Positions 1-9,416 of a stretch of 64,000 bases of DNA are shown here, in pieces. The stretch lies in contig CAVSBT010000038.1 in NCBI GenBank assembly GCA_963726245.1, forward strand, positions 51,398 through 115,397, in the 5' to 3' direction. This DNA comes from an uncultured Chloroflexia bacterium (GTDB lineage Bacteria > Chloroflexota > Dehalococcoidia > DSTF01 > JALHUB01). The notes below the pieces were generated by a model. The model worked only from the letters and a program-made list of their open reading frames with translations. It was not told where the DNA came from and searched no databases. Numbering within the stretch: the stretch's first letter is position 1; each line of letters starts with the position of its first letter. The translations under genes and the position numbers were made by a program.

Positions 1-337
1 AGCCGGTCAGGATGAGCACCTTGGTCTTGGGGAGGCGCCGGCGAATCTGGCGTGTGGCCTCCAGTCCGTTGAGGCCGGGCATCACCATGTCCATCAGGAC
101 AACATCGGGGAGCAGCTTCTCGGCTGTTTCCATGGCTTCGCGGCCGTTGCTGGCGTCGCCCACCACCTCGATCTCCTGGTGCACTTCCAGGAGAAGGCGG
201 AGGGCCTGACGGAGAACGGCGTGGTCGTCGACGATGAGGACGCGGATCTTGCCGCTGGAGCCGCGGCTCCAGCCGCCGGCCTCGCTGGGTCGACGATTAC
301 GGTCCGCCATCTCCTCTGAGGATGCAGGCTCCTTCAT
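1..337 (-). CDS. NarL/LuxR-family response regulator, N-terminal receiver domain (runs off the window)
   Basis: Manual translation: [21 protein letters not shown]...[22 protein letters not shown]...KVLILT. Start is ATG 337 or 310. Not in the ORF track because it is truncated. Confidence 0.9.
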   Translation of the reverse strand, partial: MKEPASSEEMADRNRRPSEAGGWSRGSSGKIRVLIVDDHAVLRQALRLLLEVHQEIEVVGDASNGREAMETAEKLLPDVVLMDMVMPGLNGLEATRQIRRRLPKTKVLILTG

Positions 338-575
338 AAGGGGCGCTCCTTGCCTTCCGCTCTCAGGGGCAGGGCCCTCAAGCCTAGAAGCCGGTCGCCA
401 ACCCACTGTGGCGACTCTTCGCCTGGAAGTTTCCCCACGCCATTGCTAGCCAGCAGTCCGCCCGGCGTTGCGTGATCCGCTCTTCCCAGCCAAGAGCGGC
501 CCAAAGCCTACCATAACCTTCCAATTACCGGCAAGGATGTTCGCAACTCCGGGGCCAGGATGCCAGGAATTATCA

Positions 576-791
576 CTACTCCTCCTGAACCTGCCGCTCT
601 AGGAGATCCAGGGGGTGTCTTTCGCTTGCCGACAGGTCTTGGTGATCCAGGAAGCCGTCCATGCCCTCCAGCCCAGCCGGATACTCCCTTGTAGCGCGGC
701 AGTTCTTGCAGATGCCATGAATGACACCGCGCTTCGGCCCGCTGAGGAGCCAGTGATGACGGCAACTTACGGCGCTGGTCTGAATCACCAC
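576..791 (-). CDS. Small Cys/His zinc-ribbon-like protein (~71 aa)
   Basis: CRHHW...GICKNC motif; GGAGG RBS just before GTG 791/788. Confidence 0.7.
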   Translation of the reverse strand: MVIQTSAVSCRHHWLLSGPKRGVIHGICKNCRATREYPAGLEGMDGFLDHQDLSASERHPLDLLERQVQEE

Positions 792-853
792 GGAACCTCC
801 TTGCTCCGGACCTGTCGGCACCTATCTCGGCTGCCACCGTGACAGGCGGGTGC

Positions 854-986
854 ATTCTAGTGCCGTTGGAGAACCCTGTTGTATTGGGGAAAACCCTTAT
901 GCGGGGCTGGGGATACCCCTAATTCGCAAGGCAGATAGGGCCATCTTGCTTAGGGAGAATCACGGCTTGTGGGGGTATAGCCCGCA
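854..986 (-). promoter_or_regulatory. Putative activator-dependent promoter with tandem GGGG-N-CCC(T)TA operator-like boxes
   Basis: -10 TAGAAT (minus strand, 854-859). Imperfect palindromes TTGGGGAAAACCCTTA (884-899) and GCTGGGGATACCCCTA (906-921), with weaker copies at ~951-966 and ~971-986. Confidence 0.45.
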
Positions 987-1018
987 TGCTCTCTCTGAAG
1001 GGCGATGGAAGGTGGACC

Positions 1019-1405
1019 CTAGCCAGATGGCCGCAGGCTTTGCTCTGCCGCCGCTCGCTGCAGACAGAAACGCGTGTAGGAGTCGTAGGCGTTGCTGACA
1101 GCGGTCATGATGGCCCGCTGAGGCGGCCCCACGTAGCGCCTTTGGAGGGCGTCCAAGAGGACCCCCACGCTGGCATCGAGGTCGCCGTTCATCAGGATGT
1201 CGCGTACCAGGACCTCGGCACGGGGCAGGACGCCGCGTGTAGCGACCTCCACCGCCTGGTGGCGGCGCACGTCGACCTCGATCTCCACGGACACAACGGA
1301 GGGGGCGCCCACAGGCGCCAAGCTTTGGGGAAGGCGGGCATGGCCTACGAATATTACCGTGCCCTCTTCTTTGTCCTGTAATCCGTCGCCGCCATGTTGC
1401 CTCAT
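1019..1405 (-). CDS. DUF3870-like protein
   Basis: TVIFVGHARLPQ...VEIEVD...RRYVGPPQRAIMTAVSNAY resembles the DUF3870 pattern; GGGAGG RBS. Confidence 0.7.
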   Translation of the reverse strand: MRQHGGDGLQDKEEGTVIFVGHARLPQSLAPVGAPSVVSVEIEVDVRRHQAVEVATRGVLPRAEVLVRDILMNGDLDASVGVLLDALQRRYVGPPQRAIMTAVSNAYDSYTRFCLQRAAAEQSLRPSG

Positions 1406-1632
1406 GTCTGACCTCCCTGTACTGCTGCGGGCGGAATGCGTCAGGCGGGGGAAGAGCCTCAGCCAGAGCCAAACGACACCGGCCGCCCACGCTGCCCGCG
1501 GCGGCTACTGGCATGGTAGCCACGACTGTTACGCTTTCTCAAGACAAGATCGTGAAAGATTCCGTGAAAGGTAAGATTACGTGAAAGGTGAGTAGCGAAC
1601 GCTATTCACGGGGTGGGGTGGGGTGGGGCGGG

Positions 1633-1685
1633 CCTTGTTGCTTCCTGCCTGTTGCATGTTCCAAGCAACAAGGAACAGGCTAACA
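1633..1685. repeat. Hairpin built from inverted heptamer repeats (AAGCAAC/AAGGAAC); possible terminator
   Basis: CCTTGTTGCTT...AAGCAACAAGG inverted repeat downstream of the 1740-1946 gene. Confidence 0.5.
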
Positions 1686-1739
1686 AACGCCTACCAGCGC
1701 CATATGGGCTGGTCCTGCGTCAGGCCGTTGAGTCGATTC

Positions 1740-1946
1740 CTACAGGCGGAGCTTGCCGTGTGAAGGCTGGCGCCTGCGCTGACGGGTGTGGCCGTCTTCC
1801 TGGTCAAGGAGTTCGATGGCCGGGGGCGATACTGCCTCATGTACGTAGCCACAGCAAAGACACGTGCTGTAGACGCCGTACCAGTCTCTCTCCATGATCA
1901 TGGACCCCCGACAGCGGGGGCAGTTACGTGGCAGGGTGCCCTGCAT
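1740..1946 (-). CDS. Small zinc-ribbon protein (68 aa) with basic C-terminal tail
   Basis: CPRC-x16-CLCCG motif; strong AGGAGG RBS before ATG 1946. Confidence 0.8.
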   Translation of the reverse strand: MQGTLPRNCPRCRGSMIMERDWYGVYSTCLCCGYVHEAVSPPAIELLDQEDGHTRQRRRQPSHGKLRL

Positions 1947-2010
1947 GTTTGACCTCCTGTTAAGGCGCAGAAACCCCCCGTCCAGATACATGCTGGCCAG
2001 ATGCCTGTTC

Positions 2011-2116
2011 GCTGCCTCCGGGATTGACTGAGGGGTTCGGGCAGAAACCTCGCCCTACTCAATCGGGAGATTCACCCTAGCCGGGTGGTTCCCCGTCCCC
2101 AACAGGGTTCCGGCAG
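2011..2116 (-). ncRNA. Cyclic di-AMP (ydaO/yuaA) riboswitch
   Basis: Minus strand reads CTGCCGGAACCCTGTTGGGGACGGGGAACCAC...GGGTGAATC...GTAGGGCG...CCCGAACCCCTCAGTCAATCCCGGAGGCAG, matching the ydaO consensus blocks. P1 is CUGCC/GGCAG. Confidence 0.85.
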
Positions 2117-2185
2117 AGCAGCTCTGGCCCCCCTCCCATCCGCCAAAACGCCTGTGCCAGCGCTGTCCTTTGTGATTTCGCCAAC

Positions 2186-2214
2186 AGGTTAGAATACTGC
2201 TCGGAGCTTGTCAA
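2186..2214 (-). promoter_or_regulatory. Sigma70-type promoter driving the riboswitch leader
   Basis: TTGACA-17 bp-TAACCT on the minus strand, ~70 nt upstream of the aptamer. Confidence 0.7.
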
Positions 2215-2280
2215 CCCCCACTGTAAAGGAATATCCAGAAAATGATGCAGGCCCATCAGGGGCGCCCGCGGAGAAGTTGC

Positions 2281-2679
2281 CTAGCCAGCGCTTATCTTGT
2301 CAATGGCCCGGCGCAGCCGCGCCTCCGCCTCCTGCGCCACTTCGCGCAGGGCAGGGTTATCCAGCACGCCCAACAGGCCCAGTGGGTCGACAGCGGCCAC
2401 CACGCTGCCGTCGCCCTCCTCGTAGACTATGACGTTGCAGGGCAGGAGCAGCCCTACGGAGGGGTCTGCCTCCAGAGCGCGGTGCGCCAGGGGAGGGTTG
2501 CAGGCCCCCAGAATAACGTAGCGCCGGAAGTCCTTGTCCAGCTTCGCCTTCAGCGTGGCCCTAACGTCGATCTCGGTGAGAACTCCGAAGCCTTCCTCCT
2601 GGAGAGCGGCTCGGGCCGCCTGCACCGCCTGCTCGTAGTCAAGCTTGAGCCTTGTCCGAAAGCCGATCTCCTTGGTCAC
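2281..2679 (-). CDS. DUF302 domain protein
   Basis: GFGVLTEIDV...ILGACNP...GLLLPCNV signature. Confidence 0.9.
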   Translation of the reverse strand: MTKEIGFRTRLKLDYEQAVQAARAALQEEGFGVLTEIDVRATLKAKLDKDFRRYVILGACNPPLAHRALEADPSVGLLLPCNVIVYEEGDGSVVAAVDPLGLLGVLDNPALREVAQEAEARLRRAIDKISAG

Positions 2680-2682
2680 TCC

Positions 2683-3132
2683 TCACCTCCCGCCGCTGCG
2701 TCGCCGGCCCCAGGCGAACCGGATGCAGAACGCTCCGGCCGTCGCCGCTGCCCCGCCGCCGACCAGCAGCCAAACCACCGGCATCCAGTGGAAAGCGCTA
2801 TCCTCTGGCCCACTGCCCGTGCTCGGCAGCGCCGCGACCTCCGGTGCGGTCGACGATGGCAAAGGTAGCTGCGCCACCTCGCCGATAACCGGCAACTCTA
2901 TGTAGGATGCGTGCTCGCTGTCCCTGTACATGCGTACGCCGTCGCGCATAGTGACGTACTGGGAGGTGACGGCGAAGCTCTTGTATTCGGGAGAGGTGTA
3001 GCCGGAGTACTGACCGGGGGCGCTGATCTTCTGGTCGGTCTGGGGCTGGGCGTGACCGGTGGTCACGGTAAGGCCGAGAAGGACCATGAGGAGGCCAAAG
3101 AGCAGGTAGAATCGACGTGTAGGCCCCTTCAT
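2683..3132 (-). pseudogene. Internally deleted secreted CocE/NonD-family hydrolase with LPXTG sortase anchor
   Basis: Signal peptide, then the CocE N-terminal motif YVTMRDGVR joined directly to the CocE C-terminal motif YRDSEHASYIELPV, then LPSTG, a TM helix and RRR. The catalytic domain is absent. Confidence 0.7.
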
Positions 3133-3463
3133 GGCGTGTCCTCCTCAATCGCTGGTGCAATCGCGCGGGGAAACCGGCGACATGCTAGGCGGCTGGTCGT
3201 GCGACTGTCAAGCGCGAGCGCTTTCCTCAAGGGCCGCTGGGGCTGGCGCAAGCTGGGGCAGGCCCATCATGCCCTGCCCTTGCCACCGGCGGCCCATTCC
3301 GCACACTGGGCTTGTCGGACGGGCGGCGAGTGGCCCTCTGGGCGCAAAGGGGTTCATTTGGCTGTTGCGCCATCGGTCTTGATTGACTAGATTAGAGTCT
3401 TGTGGGTGTCTGTGACCGCAATACAGATCGCAGTACAGATCAAAGAGAAGGAGGTCTCTTACC

Positions 3464-4384
3464 ATGGGAGATAGGCTCAAGGGTCGCGTGGCGATCGTTA
3501 CCGGCGCCGGCCGCGGCATCGGACGCGGCGAAGCTCTGGCCCTCGCCTCCGAGGGCGCCATCGTCATCATCAACGACATTGGTGGTGCGGTCGACGGTTC
3601 CGGGCAGGCTCGTGGCCCTGCCGACGAGGTGGTGGACGAGATCAAGAAGAAGGGCGGGCAGGCGGCGTCTAACTACGACAACATCGTCGATCACGCCACC
3701 GGCGAGAAGCTTGTCAAGCAGGCTCTTGACACCTTCGGCAGGCTGGACATCGTCGTCAACAACGCCGGCATCCTCCGCGACCGCATGATCTTCAACATGG
3801 CCGAGGAGGAGTTCGACGCCGTCATCGCCGTGCACGTCAAGGGCCACTTCAACCTGATGCAGGCCGCCTGCGTGTACTTCCGCCAGGCCCGCCACCCCGG
3901 GGTCATCATCAACACCTCCTCGACGTCCGGGTTGGGGAACCCCGGCCAGACCAACTACGCGGCGGCGAAGGAGGGCATCATCGGCATGACGCGGACGATT
4001 GCCCGGGAGATGGGCCGCTACGGCGTCCGCTGCAACGCCATCCGCCCCATGGCCGCCACGCGCATGACGCTGAGCGACGACATGAAGCAGCGCTACGCGC
4101 GGGCCGGCGAGGCGGGCCTGAAGATGCTCGCCGAGATGGAGAAGCAGGTGCCGGAGGAGATCGGTCCTTTCGTGGCCTGGCTCTGCACCGATGAGGCCGC
4201 CAACATCAACGGCCGCAACTTCCTGATTCGCGCCGGCTACGTCGGCCTCTACTCCGAGCCGGAGATCGTAGCGTCCGTGGAGACGGACAAGCCGTGGTCA
4301 GTGGACCTGGTCTCCCAGCTCGTGCCCAAGCCGATGACGGCCAACCTGGTCAACGAGTGGCCGCTCCAGCCCCCGAAGGAGTAA
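3464..4384 (+). CDS. SDR oxidoreductase (3-hydroxyacyl-CoA dehydrogenase/HSD17B4-like)
   Basis: TGAGRGIG, NNAGILRD and YAAAK motifs. Confidence 0.92.
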   Translation: MGDRLKGRVAIVTGAGRGIGRGEALALASEGAIVIINDIGGAVDGSGQARGPADEVVDEIKKKGGQAASNYDNIVDHATGEKLVKQALDTFGRLDIVVNNAGILRDRMIFNMAEEEFDAVIAVHVKGHFNLMQAACVYFRQARHPGVIINTSSTSGLGNPGQTNYAAAKEGIIGMTRTIAREMGRYGVRCNAIRPMAATRMTLSDDMKQRYARAGEAGLKMLAEMEKQVPEEIGPFVAWLCTDEAANINGRNFLIRAGYVGLYSEPEIVASVETDKPWSVDLVSQLVPKPMTANLVNEWPLQPPKE

Positions 4385-4424
4385 GGCGACGTCGAACACC
4401 GAGCATCGAACACAGTGCAGAGAG

Positions 4425-4460
4425 CGGAGGCCGGGCGCCGCGCGCCCGGCCTCCGTTTCG
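4425..4460. terminator. Intrinsic terminator hairpin between convergent genes
   Basis: CGGAGGCCGGGCGC-loop-GCGCCCGGCCTCCG followed by TTTC. Confidence 0.65.
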
Positions 4461-4485
4461 TGCTCCGTGCGAGCTGCTGCTGTGT

Positions 4486-5964
4486 CTAGTTGAGCTTGAT
4501 CTGGACGCTCTTGGTCTCCAGGAAGTTCTCCATCCCCTCCTGGCCCAGTTCCCTGCCGATGCCGCTCTGCTTGTAGCCGCCGTAGGGCATGTGGGGAATG
4601 CCGGCCGTGTGGTAGGAGTTCACCCACACGCTGCCCGCCTTGACTCCCTTGGCGAACTTCAGGGCGCGGTTCAAATCGTTGGTCCAGATGGCAGCGGCCA
4701 GTCCGTACATCGTCTCATTGGCGATGCGCAGGGCCTCCTCGGGCTCGCGGAAGGTGATGACCGAGAGCACGGGCCCAAAGATCTCCTCCTGGGCGATCCT
4801 CATCCTGTTTTCCACCTGGTCGAAGAGAGTGGGCTCGTAGAAGAGGCCGCGGTCGAAGCCCTCGCCGGTGATGCGCCGGCCGCCCCTCAAAAGCTTCGCC
4901 TTCTCCTGTCGACCGGCCTCCACGTAGCCCTCCACCTTGTGCAACTGCTCTTCGGAGACCAGGGGCCCCAGGGTGGTCGACGGGTCCAGCGGGTCGCCGG
5001 CCTTCAGGGTTCCAGTGAAGGCTATGAACCTGTCGATGAAGGCGTCGTGGACCTCCTGCTGAACCAGCAGTCGAGAGCCCGCCTGACAGACCTGGCCGGC
5101 GTTCAGGTAGATGCCCAGGATGGCGCTCCCGGCGGCGGCGTCCAGGTTCGCGTCGGCGAAGACGATGTTCGGCGACTTGCCCCCCAGCTCCAGCGATATC
5201 TTCTTCACGTTGCTGGATGCCAGTTGCATGATGCGCCGTCCGGTCTCCGTGGAGCCGGTGAAGGCCACCTTGTCGACGGCCGCGCTGGCGGCGATCTTCT
5301 CGCCGACGACGCCGGCGGGGCCCGTCACCACGTTCACCACGCCCGGCGGCGCTCCCGCCTCCGTCACGATGCGCCCCAGCTCGTAGGTGCTGCAGGGCGT
5401 GAAGGTGGAGGGCTTGAGGACGTTCGTGCAGCCCACAGCCAGCGAGGGCGCCAGCTTCCAGGTGCAGAGCAGCAAGGGGAAGTTCCAGGGGGTGATGATA
5501 CCCACCACTCCCACGGGCTCCTTCAGCACCAGGCCTATCGCGTCCGGCACGTAGCCGGTGATGGCCTGCCCCTTCACGTCCAGGGCGAGACCGGCATAGT
5601 AGTCGAACACGTCGGCTGCCATCATCACCTCGGCGGCGGACTCGCGAAGGGGCTTGCCCACCTCCAGGGAGAGAAGACGGGACAGCGACGGCCTCTCTTC
5701 GCGGAGCTTGTCGGCAATCTTGCGGAGGACGGCGGCGCGTTCCTTGGCGGGCGCCTCGCTCCACTTGCCGCTGTCGAAGGCGCGACGTGCCGCCTGGATG
5801 GCGGCCTCGGTGTCTTGCTCGTCGGCGCTGGGGCAGACGGCGACGAGCTCCCCCGATGCCGGGCTGCGCCGTTCGAAGGTGCGGCCGCTGCCGGCGTCGC
5901 GCCAGTCGCCGTCGATGAGGAGCCGGTAAGTCTGAGCGGTGGCAGGTTCTGTGGCCGCGGTCAT
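4486..5964 (-). CDS. NAD(P)-dependent aldehyde dehydrogenase
   Basis: ITPWNFP, FTGSTETG, ELGGKSP, catalytic Cys in GQVC and EEIFGP; start MTAATEP after GGGAG. Confidence 0.95.
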   Translation of the reverse strand: MTAATEPATAQTYRLLIDGDWRDAGSGRTFERRSPASGELVAVCPSADEQDTEAAIQAARRAFDSGKWSEAPAKERAAVLRKIADKLREERPSLSRLLSLEVGKPLRESAAEVMMAADVFDYYAGLALDVKGQAITGYVPDAIGLVLKEPVGVVGIITPWNFPLLLCTWKLAPSLAVGCTNVLKPSTFTPCSTYELGRIVTEAGAPPGVVNVVTGPAGVVGEKIAASAAVDKVAFTGSTETGRRIMQLASSNVKKISLELGGKSPNIVFADANLDAAAGSAILGIYLNAGQVCQAGSRLLVQQEVHDAFIDRFIAFTGTLKAGDPLDPSTTLGPLVSEEQLHKVEGYVEAGRQEKAKLLRGGRRITGEGFDRGLFYEPTLFDQVENRMRIAQEEIFGPVLSVITFREPEEALRIANETMYGLAAAIWTNDLNRALKFAKGVKAGSVWVNSYHTAGIPHMPYGGYKQSGIGRELGQEGMENFLETKSVQIKLN

Positions 5965-6365
5965 CCTTTTCTCCCTTGATCCGCCTGTGGTGGCTTTGCG
6001 AAACTCAGCAGGGTCCGTTCTGCTGGACCTGTCATTTCTAGGATAACACTGTTTGCCGCGCGTCCGCGCTCGACGGTCTGTTCTCCTGAGACCGGCGGCG
6101 GCAGTGAGGCACCCTGCGACAGATGACCAATAGAGATTATAGAAATAGGTAATTGGCTTAAGGCAGGTGGGTGTTGTACACTGCGCCTGCATTCTGGAGG
6201 CCACGGCTTCTAGGAGCAGTTCTCCCGACGCCGGTGGACCCGGCGGTCGCCCATATCTGGCCAAGACGGCTGGTCATGGAGTTCTGTCAGGCGCGGACGT
6301 TGTGACGCGCTGGGTTCCGTGTGCAGTGAGCGACTGCAGGCGGCGGAAACAAGGGGGTATGTCCA

Positions 6366-7699
6366 ATGTTAGCAAGATCCCGACGTGGATTCCTCATCGC
6401 GGCCATTCTGGTGGGCAGCCTTCTCCTAGTGAGCTGCGGTGGGGGAAATGGTGGGGGGAACAATAACGGGGCCGAAAAGACGGCCACCCCTCCCGACACT
6501 ACCGGCGTCACCGCCACCGAGGTCAAGTGGGGTACCCACTACCCTCTGAGCCAGAACCCAGCTTCCGCCTACGCGCCCATCGCCTACGGCATGAAGGCCT
6601 TCTACGACTATATCAGCGCCCAGGGTGGCGTGTATGGGCGGAAGCTCACGCTGATCATCGGTGACGACCACTACAACCCCGCGGACACGGTGGAGGTCAT
6701 CCGGCAGCTCGTGGAGCAAGAGAAGGTGTTTGGGATCCTCAGCGGCCTCGGTGAGTCGACTCACCTCGCTGTCTATAAGTACCTTGAGGACCAAGGCATC
6801 CCCGACATGTATCTCTCCACCGGTCTCGACCTGTGGACCAACCCCGTGGCCAAGAACCGGTTTGCCGGCAACCCCGACTACGTCACCGAGGGCAAGTTCC
6901 TCGCGGAGTACCTAGTCAAGAACTTCAGCGGCAAGAAGGTGGGCTTCCTCCTCCAGAACGACCAGTTGGGAGTTGACGGCGAGAAGGGTCTGAGGGAGGG
7001 TCTGGCGGGCAGCGACGTCCAGATCGTCGCAAGGAGACGTACGAGTCAGCCAACTGGGACGCCTCGGCGCAGACGCAGCGGCTGAAGAACGCCGGCGCGG
7101 AGGTCCTCGTCGCCTTTGCCATCCCACCCCAGGCCGCCAGCATGGTCAAGACGGCCCGCGAGACCCTCGCCTGGGATGTCCCCATCTTCGTCAGCGGCAT
7201 CAATTGCAGCGATATCTTCATCGCCCTGGCTACGGCGAAGGACGCCGAGGGAGTGCTTAGCTTCACCTTTGGCCTCCAGGCGTACGCAACCGACGATCCG
7301 GGCGTCCAGAAATACGAGAAGATCTGGGCGAAGTACGGCAACGGTGGCCCGATGAGCAGCTTTGAGCTCTACGGCATGTTTGTCGCCGAGCTAGCCGTGT
7401 ACAACATGGAAGTGGCCGGGCCGGACCTCAGCCGTCAGTCGTTCCTCGACGCCGCTGAGAATACGTGCAAGTTCGATTGCACGACCTGTTTCCGCGGCGG
7501 GCCCGTCATGACGAGCCCGACCGACCACAAGATATCGGAGAACCTTGTCTACAATAAGGTTGTGAACGGCACCTGGCAGCAGATCAGCGATATGGTCAGC
7601 TTCGAATCGACCAAGGACTGCACGCCGCCGACGATGCCTGCTGACTTCGACAAGCAACCCAAGGTTGGGCGTGCCGCGGAGTTCGTGGAGGTTCCCTAG
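6366..7699 (+). CDS. ABC solute-binding lipoprotein (Peripla_BP_6/LivJ-like), type A, frameshifted ~7030
   Basis: Lipobox LLLVSC; GGVYGRKL..DDHYNP. ORFs 6366-7085 and 7142-7699 together align with the intact paralog 9417-10757; one base is missing near 7030. Confidence 0.88.
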
Positions 7700-7812
7700 C
7701 GCGCAGAACGCGGGGGTTGTGGTCAGCCGGGGGCGCCGCGAACGATTTCGAGTCCGCGCCGAGCATCGCCGTCGGCTGCAAGAACGGGGGCGAGACGGTC
7801 TCTAAGCAGTAA
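7700..7812 (+). pseudogene. Remnant of a deleted type-B solute-binding protein gene
   Basis: 7747-7812 translates FESAPSIAVGCKNGGETVSKQ*, similar to the C-termini of the type-B SBPs. The preceding DNA matches the upstream/start region of the 10811 gene. Confidence 0.65.
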
Positions 7813-7957
7813 TCAGGGCAGCGAGCCTCTCATCTGCCGGAATCCGCCCCGGCGGCCAAGGTTGAGTCCGGGCCTCCGGGAATCTGCGCCTGCAGGCGCC
7901 GGTGGTGGCGCCGCGCCGAGGGTCATTACGACTGTCGGAGCGGCGAAAGGGGGGTGT

Positions 7958-9277
7958 GTGTCAGTGGTGGCAAGGTTCCGGCCTCCTTTCCTTCTCGCGG
8001 TCATACTCTTCGGTGGCCTGCTCCTCGTGAGTTGCGGCGGAGGCACCGCGGACGAGGGCGGCAAGACGCCTGAGGCGACCCAGCCGGCAGGTGCCGAGGC
8101 GCCGGATTCGGCGACGGTCCCCGGGGTAACCGACACCGAGATCCTGCTGGGGACCCACTTCCCCCTGAGTCAGAACCCGGCGGCGGCCTACGCGCCCATC
8201 GCTGACGGCATGCGGGCCTACTTCGCGTACGTCAACTCCCAGGGAGGTGTCTACGGCCGCCAGATCAAATTGCTGGTAGGGGATGACCACTTCAACCCGG
8301 CGGATACCGTGGAGGTGGTACGCAAGCTGGTCGAGCAGGACAACGTCCTGGCCATCGTGGGCGGCCTCGGTGACGCGCCCCACAGCGCGGTCTGGAAGTA
8401 CTTGGAGGAGCGCGGCGTCCCTGACATGTTCATATCCGGCGGTCTCGACAAGTGGACGGACCCGCTTGTGAGGACTCGCTTCCAGGGTAACCCCAACTAC
8501 GGAACCGAGGGCGCCATGCTCGCCAAGTATCTCATCGAGAACTATGACGGGAAGAAGCTGGCCCTGCTGCTGGAGAATGATGAGTTCGGCGAGAACGGCA
8601 AGAAAGCGATTCTCGACGGTATAAAGGGCAGTGACATCAAGGTTGTCGCGGAGGAAAAGTACGAGACCACCTCGTGGGACGTGACTGCCCAGACACAGCG
8701 GTTGAAGGCGGCTAACCCCGACGTCATCGTCGCTTACGCGGTGCCGCCACCGGCAGCCAGTCTCGTCAAGGCAGCCCGCGAGATCTTGAATTGGGATGTC
8801 CCGATCGTGGTCACAGGCGTAGTCCTCACCGACATATTCATCCAGTTGGCCGGGGCGCAGAACGCCGAGGGTGTGGTCAGCGTGGTCTTCGGCAAGCAGA
8901 TCTACCAGACGGATGACCCCGGGGTCCAGAGGCACATCCAGATCATGAAAGACTTCGGCCAGGGCGTGGAGGCGAGCAACTTCACCCTCTACGGGGCCTT
9001 CGTAGCCGAGATTATGGTGAAGTCGCTTCAGAACGCGGGACCGGACCTCACCCGCGACAGCCTGATATCAGGCGCCGAGGCCATCCACGACTGGTGCTGC
9101 TCGACCTGCCCGATGCCCATCAACATGAGCCCCACTGACCACCGGCCCGCCGAAATGGAAATGTATGCCAGAGTCGAGAACGGCAAGTGGGTGACGTTCG
9201 GCGAGCCGGTCTTCTCCGAATCGACGCCCGGAAAAGCCGTGGGCTGCAAGGGTTTGGACGAGCCCATCTATCCCTGA
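7958..9277 (+). CDS. ABC solute-binding lipoprotein (Peripla_BP_6-like), type B
   Basis: Lipobox LLLVSC; GGVYGRQI..DDHFNP; SPTDH. Start uncertain (GTG 7958-7967). Confidence 0.9.
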   Translation: MSVVARFRPPFLLAVILFGGLLLVSCGGGTADEGGKTPEATQPAGAEAPDSATVPGVTDTEILLGTHFPLSQNPAAAYAPIADGMRAYFAYVNSQGGVYGRQIKLLVGDDHFNPADTVEVVRKLVEQDNVLAIVGGLGDAPHSAVWKYLEERGVPDMFISGGLDKWTDPLVRTRFQGNPNYGTEGAMLAKYLIENYDGKKLALLLENDEFGENGKKAILDGIKGSDIKVVAEEKYETTSWDVTAQTQRLKAANPDVIVAYAVPPPAASLVKAAREILNWDVPIVVTGVVLTDIFIQLAGAQNAEGVVSVVFGKQIYQTDDPGVQRHIQIMKDFGQGVEASNFTLYGAFVAEIMVKSLQNAGPDLTRDSLISGAEAIHDWCCSTCPMPINMSPTDHRPAEMEMYARVENGKWVTFGEPVFSESTPGKAVGCKGLDEPIYP

Positions 9278-9416
9278 CGAAACGAAGTGACGAAAGACGT
9301 TGATCTGCAACCAGGGTCCGGCCCCAGCGCTCAGGGGCCTCCGCCCACGAGCGCTGGGTGGTAGTGTCCCGCAGAGGGAGAGGATGGCGGTCAAAGCGGC
9401 GTGAGCAAGGGGGTGC

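Noticed and set aside
3417-3441. 12-bp tandem CGCA(A/G)TACAGAT, sharing ACAGATCGCAGTA with 30725-30737
   Set aside because: A 13-bp match is expected by chance in 64 kb, and there is no further support for a shared operator.
4294-5979. Long antisense ORFs (also 19809-21764, 31365-32591 and others)
   Set aside because: These are typical stop-poor shadows opposite genuine genes in high-GC DNA.
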